Assembly (NCBI GenBank): GCA_965369865.1
Contig: CBDURU010000032.1
Span: 1-30,568, forward strand
Source: an uncultured bacterium
GTDB lineage: Bacteria > JAJVIF01 > JAPKYR01
Direction: 5' to 3'
DNA length: 30,568 nt
Made by a program: the position numbers and the translations under genes
Part shown: positions 8,742 through 17,193 of the stretch, piece after piece
How positions within the stretch are numbered: position 1 is the stretch's first letter
How the letters are laid out: each line of letters begins with the position of its first letter
The notes under the pieces: model-generated
Told to the model about the DNA's origin: nothing
Databases searched by the model: none
Seen by the model: only the letters and a program-made list of their open reading frames with translations

Positions 8742-8767
8742 CCCACATCAGATAGATGTATTCCTAC
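8742..8767 (-). repeat. Single GTAG REP copy, inverted relative to 5351-5376
   Basis: The reverse complement gtaggaatacatctatctgatgtggg matches 5351-5376 at 23/26 positions. Confidence 0.75.
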
Positions 8768-8814
8768 CAATCCAGTAAAAACCAAAAAAATCCCCCTTTT
8801 CCCCTTGCCCGCTC

Positions 8815-8843
8815 TTGACAATATCCCATCTTTATGCTATACT
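8815..8843 (+). promoter_or_regulatory. Strong sigma70 promoter with extended -10
   Basis: TTGACA (8815-8820), 17 nt ending TGC, TATACT (8838-8843). Predicted start ~8850. Confidence 0.85.
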
Positions 8844-8849
8844 AACCCT

Positions 8850-9150
8850 GGATGGGCATTCTGTTCTCACTGCAGGGAATACCCTCCATACCAAACCCGG
8901 CGCGCGGTTTCCAGCTCTTGAAGCTGAGCGCTTGTAACCACGCCACCTTCGGGTAGGCGGAGAAGTTTTACGGCTTGACGCCCGCCGTAGCTTATGCGAA
9001 AGCGGGGAAGTACCAGGGGAGCCTGCCACACCCAGTCAATGCCGGGGCAAGCCAGCGGTCGATCTTACATGGCCGTTCAACAGCTAACGCTGTCGGACAA
9101 GGTGCGACTTTCGAAGAAGCACTATTGTCTCATCGCGCGTCGGGTTCCGG
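8850..9150 (+). ncRNA. Candidate large structured non-coding RNA (family not recognised)
   Basis: 5' hairpin at 8850-8887. A 13-bp closing helix 8894-8906/9134-9146 encloses at least 7 hairpins with cUUCGg, GAAA and cUAACg loops. No credible ORF. Directly downstream of a strong promoter. Confidence 0.7.
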
Positions 9151-9279
9151 AAAAATATCAAAAAAAACGGAGGAACAAAACAAGGAACACAACAAAACAA
9201 GGGGATCAGGCCGGCAATTGAATAGCTGCATCCTTCCTGTTACAATTTTCGAGATGCATCGAAATTCCCGAAGGCTTGT

Positions 9280-11409
9280 ATGCGCAATTTTCGATTATTC
9301 ATAACCGAAGTCCTGAATATCTCCGCCTGGTCCGCATTGATCATCGGCGGCTGGCAGACCGCGTGCGCCGCGATCACGATGCAGCACCATCTGGCGTCAT
9401 TTTCCCGGTGGATACATTTCGCGATCTATACGCTTGGCGGATTCATCCTGTTTGCAATTTCCATGCTATTACCGGTTGTAATTGTCGCTGGATTTTACGG
9501 GTTCACCAGGAAATCATGGCCCGTACCTGTTCTGAGACGATTCCTCATGACAGGCATGATCGGGACGATGGCGGTTATCGCGGTCGGGATTTTAGAACTT
9601 TTCGGATCCCGTTCGTTACTGGAAATCGGGAGTTACTCAATATTAATTCTCGTCCAGGCGGTCATTTTAATTTTGTCAGCGTTTATTTTGGGTTACGTAA
9701 TCTCGGCAGGCGCCAATCACATAATCGAATCGAACTCATCGGGATGGGCCTGGCGTTTTGGATGGGGATGGTGGACACTTGCAGCGATTCTCCCTCCGGT
9801 GGTTGTTAAAATTTACAAAAACCTCCAGGGAAATCTGAGTCCCATCTGGTTATTATTACTGGCTGTTGTCTCATTGATTCTCATTTTCATTGTGGTACCT
9901 GGCGTACCGCGATTCTACGGCTGGCTTTGTAAACGAAAAGCCCGGCCCTGGATCGCGGCGGCGGTGATGGTAATACTTTTCATAATCACATTGCCTGCGA
10001 ATCCCAAAGCCCCGGAGGGACAGCCGGCGTCCAGTGAGAAACCGCCGGTAGTGTTGATCACAATCGACACACTCAGGGCCGACGCCCTTACCTGTTATCC
10101 GGAAGGAACCAGTTGGAGGCTTGGAACCCCGGTGATGGATGGGATCGCGTCGGATGGAATTCTTTTCGAACAGGCTTTCGCGCCGGCGCCGTGGACCCGT
10201 CCAAGCGTCCCGAGTTTTTTAACAGGGCTTCCGCCAAGCGCGCACGGAGTGGCCAGGGATAGCGAGTCGCCGTTAACCGAGGGTGCGACGACTATCGCGG
10301 AAATCCTCAGCGACGCCGGATGGTCGACATGCGGTGTGGTGGTCAATTCCATTCTTCATAACGAAAGCGGCAACGAACAGGGATTCGACCTTTACTTTGA
10401 GGAGATGTCCAATCAGCTTGAAAGTAGAAAATTACTTACAGAGAGACTGATCGACAGGTTCCGCCTGACATCTCCCGATTTTTTAACCCCCAATACAAGC
10501 GTTTACATGGACCGGGTCGCGGTGGATCGCGCGGACCGTTTCATCAGGGATCATACCGGAGAACGGTTTTTCCTGTGGGTCCATTTATTCGGGCCGCATA
10601 CGGTGTATTATCCGCCGGAAGAGTACAGGCAAGAGGCAGAGCGGGAGTGGGGAATAACGATTCGATCGGGCGATGTCAACAACCAGGAAGCGATGAAATT
10701 CGGGCTTCCCGCGGCGACAAACGAACTCCTGGACTCGATGCTTTCCCTGTACGCAGCCGATGTTACGTGGTCGGACAGCCTGGTGGGGGATGTAATCGAC
10801 ACGTTGAAAGATACCGGAATTTTCGATGAATGTCTTGTGATTATTTCATCGGACCATGGGGAAGAATTTTACGAACACGGGCTAACAAACCATGGAAGAT
10901 CGCTGTACCCGGAAGTTGTCCAGGTGCCGTTGATTTTCAGGTGGCCGCAAGGATTAAATCCCGGTGCGCGAATCGACGATCCTGTAAGCCTTCTCGACCT
11001 TGCGCCGACAATACTCGCGCTGATCGATGAGTCAGAATTTACCGGCATGGATACGGTTGAATTTACCGGACGAAGTCTTGTTCCGTTGATGAACGGCGAG
11101 CAGGTCGAAGCCGTGCCTGTATTTTTCGAAAGCCCGCTGCATTATGACCAGATGCTGAAAGGCGTTCTGTTCGATGGGTATTATTACATCGGGGGTTCCA
11201 CATCGGTCCAGCCGCCGAAGCTTTTCAATTATGAAGACGACCCCCTATGTTATTACAACATAATCAGAGAGCATCCGGATGAAGCGGAATATTTCAACGA
11301 GCTGATCGTGGAATATGAAAACCTGTGCCTGGGTATCGCCGATAGAATAGGTGCGGTGATATCGGGTGAAGACCTCGAAGCGTTGAGGTCGTTGGGGTAT
11401 ATCAAGTAA
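9280..11409 (+). CDS. Membrane-anchored sulfatase/alkaline-phosphatase-superfamily hydrolase or transferase
   Basis: 709 aa. About 7 N-terminal TMs, then LITIDTLRAD, APWTRPSVPSFLTG, WVHLFGPH, SSDHGEEF and the terminal LRSLGYI. Confidence 0.85.
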   Translation: MRNFRLFITEVLNISAWSALIIGGWQTACAAITMQHHLASFSRWIHFAIYTLGGFILFAISMLLPVVIVAGFYGFTRKSWPVPVLRRFLMTGMIGTMAVIAVGILELFGSRSLLEIGSYSILILVQAVILILSAFILGYVISAGANHIIESNSSGWAWRFGWGWWTLAAILPPVVVKIYKNLQGNLSPIWLLLLAVVSLILIFIVVPGVPRFYGWLCKRKARPWIAAAVMVILFIITLPANPKAPEGQPASSEKPPVVLITIDTLRADALTCYPEGTSWRLGTPVMDGIASDGILFEQAFAPAPWTRPSVPSFLTGLPPSAHGVARDSESPLTEGATTIAEILSDAGWSTCGVVVNSILHNESGNEQGFDLYFEEMSNQLESRKLLTERLIDRFRLTSPDFLTPNTSVYMDRVAVDRADRFIRDHTGERFFLWVHLFGPHTVYYPPEEYRQEAEREWGITIRSGDVNNQEAMKFGLPAATNELLDSMLSLYAADVTWSDSLVGDVIDTLKDTGIFDECLVIISSDHGEEFYEHGLTNHGRSLYPEVVQVPLIFRWPQGLNPGARIDDPVSLLDLAPTILALIDESEFTGMDTVEFTGRSLVPLMNGEQVEAVPVFFESPLHYDQMLKGVLFDGYYYIGGSTSVQPPKLFNYEDDPLCYYNIIREHPDEAEYFNELIVEYENLCLGIADRIGAVISGEDLEALRSLGYIK

Positions 11410-11414
11410 ATTAA

Positions 11415-11588
11415 CCGCTTACTGACGTGCGCGGTACTGTGAGGGTGTGGGATCGCTCACTGACGTTCGCGGCTCTGATACGTTCGCGGTACTGTGAGGG
11501 TGTGGGACCGCTCACTGACGTTCGCGGCTCTGATACGGTCGCGGTACTGATACGTTCGCGGTATTGATACGGTCGCGGTACAGATACG
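11415..11588. repeat. Nested REP-like repeat cluster between convergent genes
   Basis: Three (c)cgct(c/t)actgacgt(t/g)cgcgg units, a 55-bp direct repeat (11431-11485/11486-11540), then 17-bp units like gcggtactgatacgttc. Confidence 0.9.
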
Positions 11589-11597
11589 TGGATTGAT

Positions 11598-13736
11598 CTA
11601 TATTTTCCCGATTTGCTCGGAGGCTGCGAAGGTTGCAAGTGTGGTTTCAAGCTGGCTCGATAGTTTGATGGGCGGGGGTATGTCGCCACGGAGCCATTCT
11701 GACAACGCGATCAATTCTTCCTTATGGCCTTTCTCAGATCTTCGGTAATCAATTGTTTCGTCCTTAAAGCCCGAGATAATAAGTTTTCTGAAATCGTCGA
11801 TTATATAGACCCATTCACCCGCGTAAACCTCTACCCGCTCCTTGGGGTGGGAAGGAGTGCCAAGCGCGGTGTACGTAATTTGCGCGATCGAACCGTCCTC
11901 ATAGGTCATGGAGATCTGCATGTTGTCGTGCGCGTTATACCTGTGGTCTCCAGGTGTTATCGCAGCAGCTTTTAAATCTTTCAGGATTGATCCGGTGAAG
12001 AAAGTGCAGAGGTCGATCATGTGACACCCTTCGCCGACAATCCGTCCGCCGCCCGACGGGCCGTGTGCCCAGTGATCATCCGGGAGGTAGCCTGCATTAA
12101 CGGTGTAGACAATTATTATCGGATGGTTGCGGTCTTTAATCCGATTTTTTACAGTGGTTGCAGCGGGAGAGAATCGACGGTTGAATCCCACCATGTATGG
12201 AGTGCCTGTTTCTTTTAATAATTTAACCAGTGCGAGAGTTTCATCGCGATTGATCCCCATCGGTTTCTCAGAAAAAACAGCTTTACCGTTCTCAAGGGCA
12301 ATTGTCGCGAGCGGAGCGTGGGTATCATGCCGCGTGGAGATGATGACCAAGTCGATGTCGGGAGCTTTACAGACGTCCCCGGCATCGGATGAATGTTTTT
12401 GAGCTTTGAAACGGTTTGCAGCCTCCAACGCAGTGGGTCCGTGTATGTCGCAGATTGTGTGGATACGATACCGATCCTCCATACCGAGGAGATTAGGAAG
12501 GTGCATAGCGGTCGCGAAAGAACCCGCACCAATAATCCCGACATTCAGGACTCCTTCTTTTTTTGGTGATGGATCCGGAATAATTTCAATCGTGCGATTA
12601 AGGACGTCATCATCCGGAATGTCGGGATAGGTCAGTAAAACGAGAAGTGGACGGTTTTCTTCCAGTGTTAATGCCTCGTACGCGTCGGCAGCCTTTTCAA
12701 GAGGGAACGTTTCAGAGATCATGGGGGAGACATCGATTTTTTTCGCCGCGATGAGATAAAGGTATTCCCGCATGTTCCGGTTTTCAGTCCACCTGACATA
12801 ACCGATCGGATAATCGTGCCCATCTTCCTCATACGATGTATCGTACCGTCCGGGACCGTAGGATGTTGAAATCAGGACGTCAAGCTCCTTCGGATAGAGC
12901 TTGTTCCGGTCAATCGAAAGACCGACACCACCGACAATCACGACCCGGCCTTTTTTCCTGCACATGTCGATGGCCTGGTTGAGTGGCGCGTTCGCCCTTG
13001 TTGCCGCTGTGATCAGGACGAAATCGACACCCTGTCCACCGGAGAATTTCATGGCTTCCACCACCGGATCTACTGTACCGGCGTTTATGACAGTATCGCA
13101 GCCGAGTTCCTTAGCTTCGGTAACCCTGACGGGATCCAGATCGAAACCAATCACTTTAATTCCGGCCGCTTTAAGTAGCTGGATCGAAATTTGTCCAAGT
13201 AATCCAAGCCCGATAACAGCCGCATACTCGCCAAGGGTCGGGTTGGCTCTCCTGACACCCTGCATCGCGATCGCGCCGAGTGTCACACTGGCGGCGTGTT
13301 CAAATGAAACATCATCCGGAATCGGAACGACCAGGTTCCTTGGCACACATACAACTTCGGCGTGGTTCGCGTACAAGGCGCCTGCGGCAGCGACTCTCTG
13401 TCCGGGACGGAGGTCATCGATTCCGGCGCCAGGTTCGATTACCCGTCCTGCAAGAGAATATCCCGATGGCGTACCAGTGGAGAGTTTTCCCGTGACAGTT
13501 TCCATCGTGCGGGAAAATCCCTCGGTCATCAGCATATCGAGTCCGCGTTTGATAAGCGCCGGTTTACGCCGGGCTTTGTCGATGATTGTCTCACCCGAAG
13601 ATTCTATAATCGACATTTCGGTTCCAACGGAAATGCACGATGCGACGGTCCGTATGAGTACGTAACCCGGCTGAACCGGCGGCGCGGCGACTTCCTGGAT
13701 TTCGATCTGGCCTTTTCTGATAAGCAGTTGTTTCAT
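11598..13736 (-). CDS. Bi-domain oxidoreductase (MDR/zinc-binding dehydrogenase-like + Gfo/Idh/MocA)
   Basis: ISVGTE, GLGLLGQ, SYGPGRYD..YEE.G.DYPIGYVRWTENRN, then GIIGAG, EKPM, VGFNRRF and GEGCHMID. Confidence 0.92.
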   Translation of the reverse strand: MKQLLIRKGQIEIQEVAAPPVQPGYVLIRTVASCISVGTEMSIIESSGETIIDKARRKPALIKRGLDMLMTEGFSRTMETVTGKLSTGTPSGYSLAGRVIEPGAGIDDLRPGQRVAAAGALYANHAEVVCVPRNLVVPIPDDVSFEHAASVTLGAIAMQGVRRANPTLGEYAAVIGLGLLGQISIQLLKAAGIKVIGFDLDPVRVTEAKELGCDTVINAGTVDPVVEAMKFSGGQGVDFVLITAATRANAPLNQAIDMCRKKGRVVIVGGVGLSIDRNKLYPKELDVLISTSYGPGRYDTSYEEDGHDYPIGYVRWTENRNMREYLYLIAAKKIDVSPMISETFPLEKAADAYEALTLEENRPLLVLLTYPDIPDDDVLNRTIEIIPDPSPKKEGVLNVGIIGAGSFATAMHLPNLLGMEDRYRIHTICDIHGPTALEAANRFKAQKHSSDAGDVCKAPDIDLVIISTRHDTHAPLATIALENGKAVFSEKPMGINRDETLALVKLLKETGTPYMVGFNRRFSPAATTVKNRIKDRNHPIIIVYTVNAGYLPDDHWAHGPSGGGRIVGEGCHMIDLCTFFTGSILKDLKAAAITPGDHRYNAHDNMQISMTYEDGSIAQITYTALGTPSHPKERVEVYAGEWVYIIDDFRKLIISGFKDETIDYRRSEKGHKEELIALSEWLRGDIPPPIKLSSQLETTLATFAASEQIGKI

Positions 13737-13788
13737 TTATCGACCCTACCCATGTCCCGGAATATTCTGGAATGGGGGGTGATTTATA

Positions 13789-15069
13789 TTACACATTCAC
13801 CTTGATCTCATTTTTCCCCGAACCCAGGATGTAAACCTGGAACCCGGCTGTCCTGAAACTTCCCGCATCGAGAAAATTTCTAGTATCGATTAAAATACGG
13901 TTTCTCATATGTTTCCCGAGTTCATCAGGTGCAAGGAACCGGAAATCGTTGTGGTCGGTAACGACAAGAATCAGATCAGCGCCGGCGACCGCTTCATCGA
14001 GGCTGAGCATCTCGTGACCGATGCTGTTTTTTACGTGCGGGTCGTAAATCCTCAAATCGACCTTGTCCTTTAAATGTTCGATAATTTCAAGGGCGGGGGA
14101 TTCGCGGATGTCATCGATATTTCCCTTGTAACTGACCCCGAATAATGCCACGCGGGGGGCGTCATGAACGCCATCCAGAATTGTCATTACGAGGTCAGCA
14201 ACCCGTCCGGGCTGGCCGTCATTAACCTGGCGCGCCAGGTGGATAATACCCGTGGTTTCGGGGAATCTATGGACGAGGAACCAAGGGTCTACGGAAATGC
14301 AATGACCGCCTACACCGGGTCCCGGCTTATGGATATTCACCCTGGGATGCTTATTCGCGAGTTCGACAACGTCCCAGGCGGAAATCCCCAATTCCTCGCA
14401 GAGATGCGCGAGTTCATTTGCAAGCGCGATGTTGACATCGCGGTACGTATTCTCCATAATTTTCGACATCTCGGCGGTAGTGCAGTCGGTCAGATAGATC
14501 GGTCCTTCAACGATTCCAAGGTATAACTCCTCGGTAATTTTCGCAGATTTTTCGGAAATGCCGCCGATAATGCGCGCGTTTTCGATCAGTTCCCTCAGGA
14601 TTTTTCCTGGAAGAACCCTCTCCGGACAGTGGGCTAGATGAATTTCCTCCCCGACCACAAGCCCGGTTTCAGCTAACATCGGAGCGATAAGATCGCGCGA
14701 TGTACCTGGAGGGGATGTGGATTCGAGAATAACAAGATCGTCTTTTTTCAGTAGCGGGAGGATTTTACTTACGGCGGATTCAACATAACTCATATCGGCC
14801 GCCTTGTCCTTCGTGACAGGTGTCGGTACACAGATCATGTAGACATCCGACTCCCGGAGCTCGAGCGAAGCGGTGAGGTTTCCGGATCCAACGGCTGCCC
14901 GGGCGAGGGTATAAAGCCCCGGTTCCTCGATATGGATCTCACCCCGGTTGATGGTCTCGATAATTTTCTCGTCAATATCGATTCCAATAACCTTGTGGCC
15001 GTGCGCCGCGAACAGGCTGGCGGTCGGAAGTCCGATATATCCAAGCCCCAACACTGCGATTTTTTTCAT
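13789..15069 (-). CDS. wecC: UDP-N-acetyl-D-mannosamine dehydrogenase / nucleotide-sugar dehydrogenase
   Basis: GLGYIGLP, CVPTP, ESTSPPG, CPERVLPG, ENTYRDVNIALANE, GVGGHCISVDP and DDIRESPA. Confidence 0.88.
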   Translation of the reverse strand: MKKIAVLGLGYIGLPTASLFAAHGHKVIGIDIDEKIIETINRGEIHIEEPGLYTLARAAVGSGNLTASLELRESDVYMICVPTPVTKDKAADMSYVESAVSKILPLLKKDDLVILESTSPPGTSRDLIAPMLAETGLVVGEEIHLAHCPERVLPGKILRELIENARIIGGISEKSAKITEELYLGIVEGPIYLTDCTTAEMSKIMENTYRDVNIALANELAHLCEELGISAWDVVELANKHPRVNIHKPGPGVGGHCISVDPWFLVHRFPETTGIIHLARQVNDGQPGRVADLVMTILDGVHDAPRVALFGVSYKGNIDDIRESPALEIIEHLKDKVDLRIYDPHVKNSIGHEMLSLDEAVAGADLILVVTDHNDFRFLAPDELGKHMRNRILIDTRNFLDAGSFRTAGFQVYILGSGKNEIKVNV

Positions 15070-15143
15070 TAAAACATCACCTCTCGGTCGAGGTCGAATT
15101 ATACCGGATTTTTAAAGGATAAACTTGTGGTAGATGGCGGGCG

Positions 15144-16517
15144 TCAGTTATCAAACAGCCGGTATGCGTTGACGAGAACACTGAGTCCGGTGAATATGGT
15201 GCTGATAGAGATTCCCGCACCCTGGTCGGGGACATAGAGAATATCGCCGGGTTCAATTGCAACAGGCACGGACGGGGTTCCGTGGAGAATGGTTTCAATG
15301 AGGTCAACCGGGATAACTTCACTTTCCTCGATTGGCACGAATTGATCGGAGGGTGGGCGGATAAGCGCAGCGAAACGAAGATGGGCATTGTCGGTGGGAC
15401 CACCCGCGTCGGTTAAATATTCAAGTGGTGTTTTTCCGGGAACGTATGGATAGGCACCGGCCTCATTGACCTCGCCGAGGATGTATACATTTTTTTCATA
15501 CGGCAGAAGCTTCAAGCTGTCGAAGTTACAGAGCGGGATAGCGGCAAGGTCGTCCGTCCTGAGAACGTTCAGGTTGTAATACAGTTCGGATAATTCACCG
15601 TTTGTGTCCCTTCGTTCGAGGATCATGTTAGCGAGGTTGCTATCGAATTCGGGACCTCCCGCGAGGGTAACAAGGTCGGTCCAGGTTTCCCCGGGAAGGA
15701 CCTCGTAAAATCCGGGCCGCCTGAATCCGGTGAGATCGACGGTTATTTCAGGATAGGGGACAAAAATCACGTCACCGTATTCAAGATAGAAGTTCCTTGT
15801 TTCAATTTCACCTTCGCGTGTGAACACAAGAGGGTCAACAATCGAAACCCTTGGATCGAGTTCATCGATTTTGTTTTCAGCAAATAGTTCGAGTGAATCG
15901 TCAATCAACTCATTAACAGGTTGTTTAAATTCACCAATCAAGTCAGTTGGTTCGGGAAGCGCGGTGCTTCTCTCACCCCTGACATGGACAATTCTCCGGT
16001 GATCCGCTTCGCTTCCGAGTCCGAACCGCTGGAGGAGGTCGAGGAATGTGGTTGCGCCGGTTGCAGTGTAGAAGCCCGGTTCGTCAATGTCGCCGTAAAT
16101 ATAGAATTTAACTATCCCAAGCGTGAGGATACGGAACGTAACCCAGGCATTGTTGTAATATTCGTCGGTGATATCCTGGATCGCCTGCCTTGCTTCGGTT
16201 GCTGTCAGGTCGAACACCGACACAGGTCCGATAACAGGCAGGGCGATATTACCCTCATCGTCAACCATCGCGATGTAAGCGCTGATACGGCTGGTGATGA
16301 TTTCGATCCTGACAGTGTCGCCGGGATTTAACCGGTAGTGACCGACAAAGAGGCTTGCGTCTTCACTTTCAACAAACGTAATCATCCCCGGTGTGTCAGA
16401 GGAGCCGTCATCCGGGGTTGCTCCATCCACAGAATCATCCTGTGCATTTACGGGGTTAAGCATGAACAGCAGGCAGATAAGAATTAAGGTTACGAGTTTT
16501 TGAAAGTGCACATTCAT
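15144..16517 (-). CDS. Polysaccharide export protein (Wza/KpsD-like, Poly_export + SLBB repeats)
   Basis: Signal peptide, YRLNPGD...VDDEGNIALPVIG, and repeated GxVxxPG/AG-Y SLBB units. Confidence 0.85.
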   Translation of the reverse strand: MNVHFQKLVTLILICLLFMLNPVNAQDDSVDGATPDDGSSDTPGMITFVESEDASLFVGHYRLNPGDTVRIEIITSRISAYIAMVDDEGNIALPVIGPVSVFDLTATEARQAIQDITDEYYNNAWVTFRILTLGIVKFYIYGDIDEPGFYTATGATTFLDLLQRFGLGSEADHRRIVHVRGERSTALPEPTDLIGEFKQPVNELIDDSLELFAENKIDELDPRVSIVDPLVFTREGEIETRNFYLEYGDVIFVPYPEITVDLTGFRRPGFYEVLPGETWTDLVTLAGGPEFDSNLANMILERRDTNGELSELYYNLNVLRTDDLAAIPLCNFDSLKLLPYEKNVYILGEVNEAGAYPYVPGKTPLEYLTDAGGPTDNAHLRFAALIRPPSDQFVPIEESEVIPVDLIETILHGTPSVPVAIEPGDILYVPDQGAGISISTIFTGLSVLVNAYRLFDN

Positions 16518-16563
16518 TTTTTTACCTGACTTTATATCTTTCGTGGGTCTGATATGAAAAAAA

Positions 16564-17079
16564 CTAGGTTATTGTCGGAACTCCTTTTGTGAGTGGAGGA
16601 AATCCATCCAAATATAACTTGATAAATTTATCATAGTTGGCTTTGTATCTTACTGTATTGCTTTCCTCCTTTAGAAATTTACTTACTCCTTCTATTACGT
16701 CTTCTGAAAATATCTTAATATCTAAATTAAGAAAGGCCTCATTATTTATCGCAAACACATTGTTGTGCCCTTGAATTGATTTACTAGCTAAGAAGAATAT
16801 CCGATTATATTTACTCTTCTTTAGGATTGTTGTTGCTTCATGCAGCATTGAGCAACGAAACTGGTAGCAGTCTTCCCCGGAAAATAAACATTCGCCACGA
16901 ACTGTATATTTGTGACTGATGTACTTGTCAAACCACTCCCGGAAATTATTTTTATTAGCTTGTCCGTCATCAGAGGACAAAGCGCCACATATATCTATTA
17001 GAGTCAAAGAGCTAACTAACGAAATATAATAAAGCCCTGTTTCGGCTGCAATTCGTAATTGTCTTAGATATTCTTCCAA
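16564..17079 (-). CDS. HEPN-like hypothetical protein inserted in the polysaccharide cluster
   Basis: 171 aa, AT-rich. GGAGTGA SD before the TTG. Helical protein with an Rx4H motif (RCSMLH). Confidence 0.65.
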   Translation of the reverse strand: MEEYLRQLRIAAETGLYYISLVSSLTLIDICGALSSDDGQANKNNFREWFDKYISHKYTVRGECLFSGEDCYQFRCSMLHEATTILKKSKYNRIFFLASKSIQGHNNVFAINNEAFLNLDIKIFSEDVIEGVSKFLKEESNTVRYKANYDKFIKLYLDGFPPLTKGVPTIT

Positions 17080-17193
17080 AATTAATCACTCCATGCGTAC
17101 TTCGGTCTTCTTGTTTAATTACTTACCCTTCTACTTCTACATTACCTAAAGCTTTTATGTGATGTTTCATGTTCTCCTTGACGAATATCCGCC

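Noticed and set aside
8850..9150. Identification as tmRNA, RNase P RNA, SRP RNA, 6S RNA or a lysine/cobalamin riboswitch
   Set aside because: It lacks tRNA-like ends and a tag ORF, GAGGAAAGUCC, the SRP GGAA/AGCAG loop, the 6S rod shape and the riboswitch consensus blocks. An Rfam search is still needed.
8724..9304. Short ORFs over the structured region (8724-8921, 8832-9029, 8975-9304, 8994-9221)
   Set aside because: They have no SD or protein-like features, and the dense base-pairing is better explained by an RNA.
11411..11689. 92-aa minus-strand ORF
   Set aside because: It overlaps the oxidoreductase 3' end and the REP-like cluster, giving a repetitive translation.
12901..13665. 254-aa + strand ORF and other long antisense ORFs
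   Set aside because: They are antisense shadows of well-supported genes.
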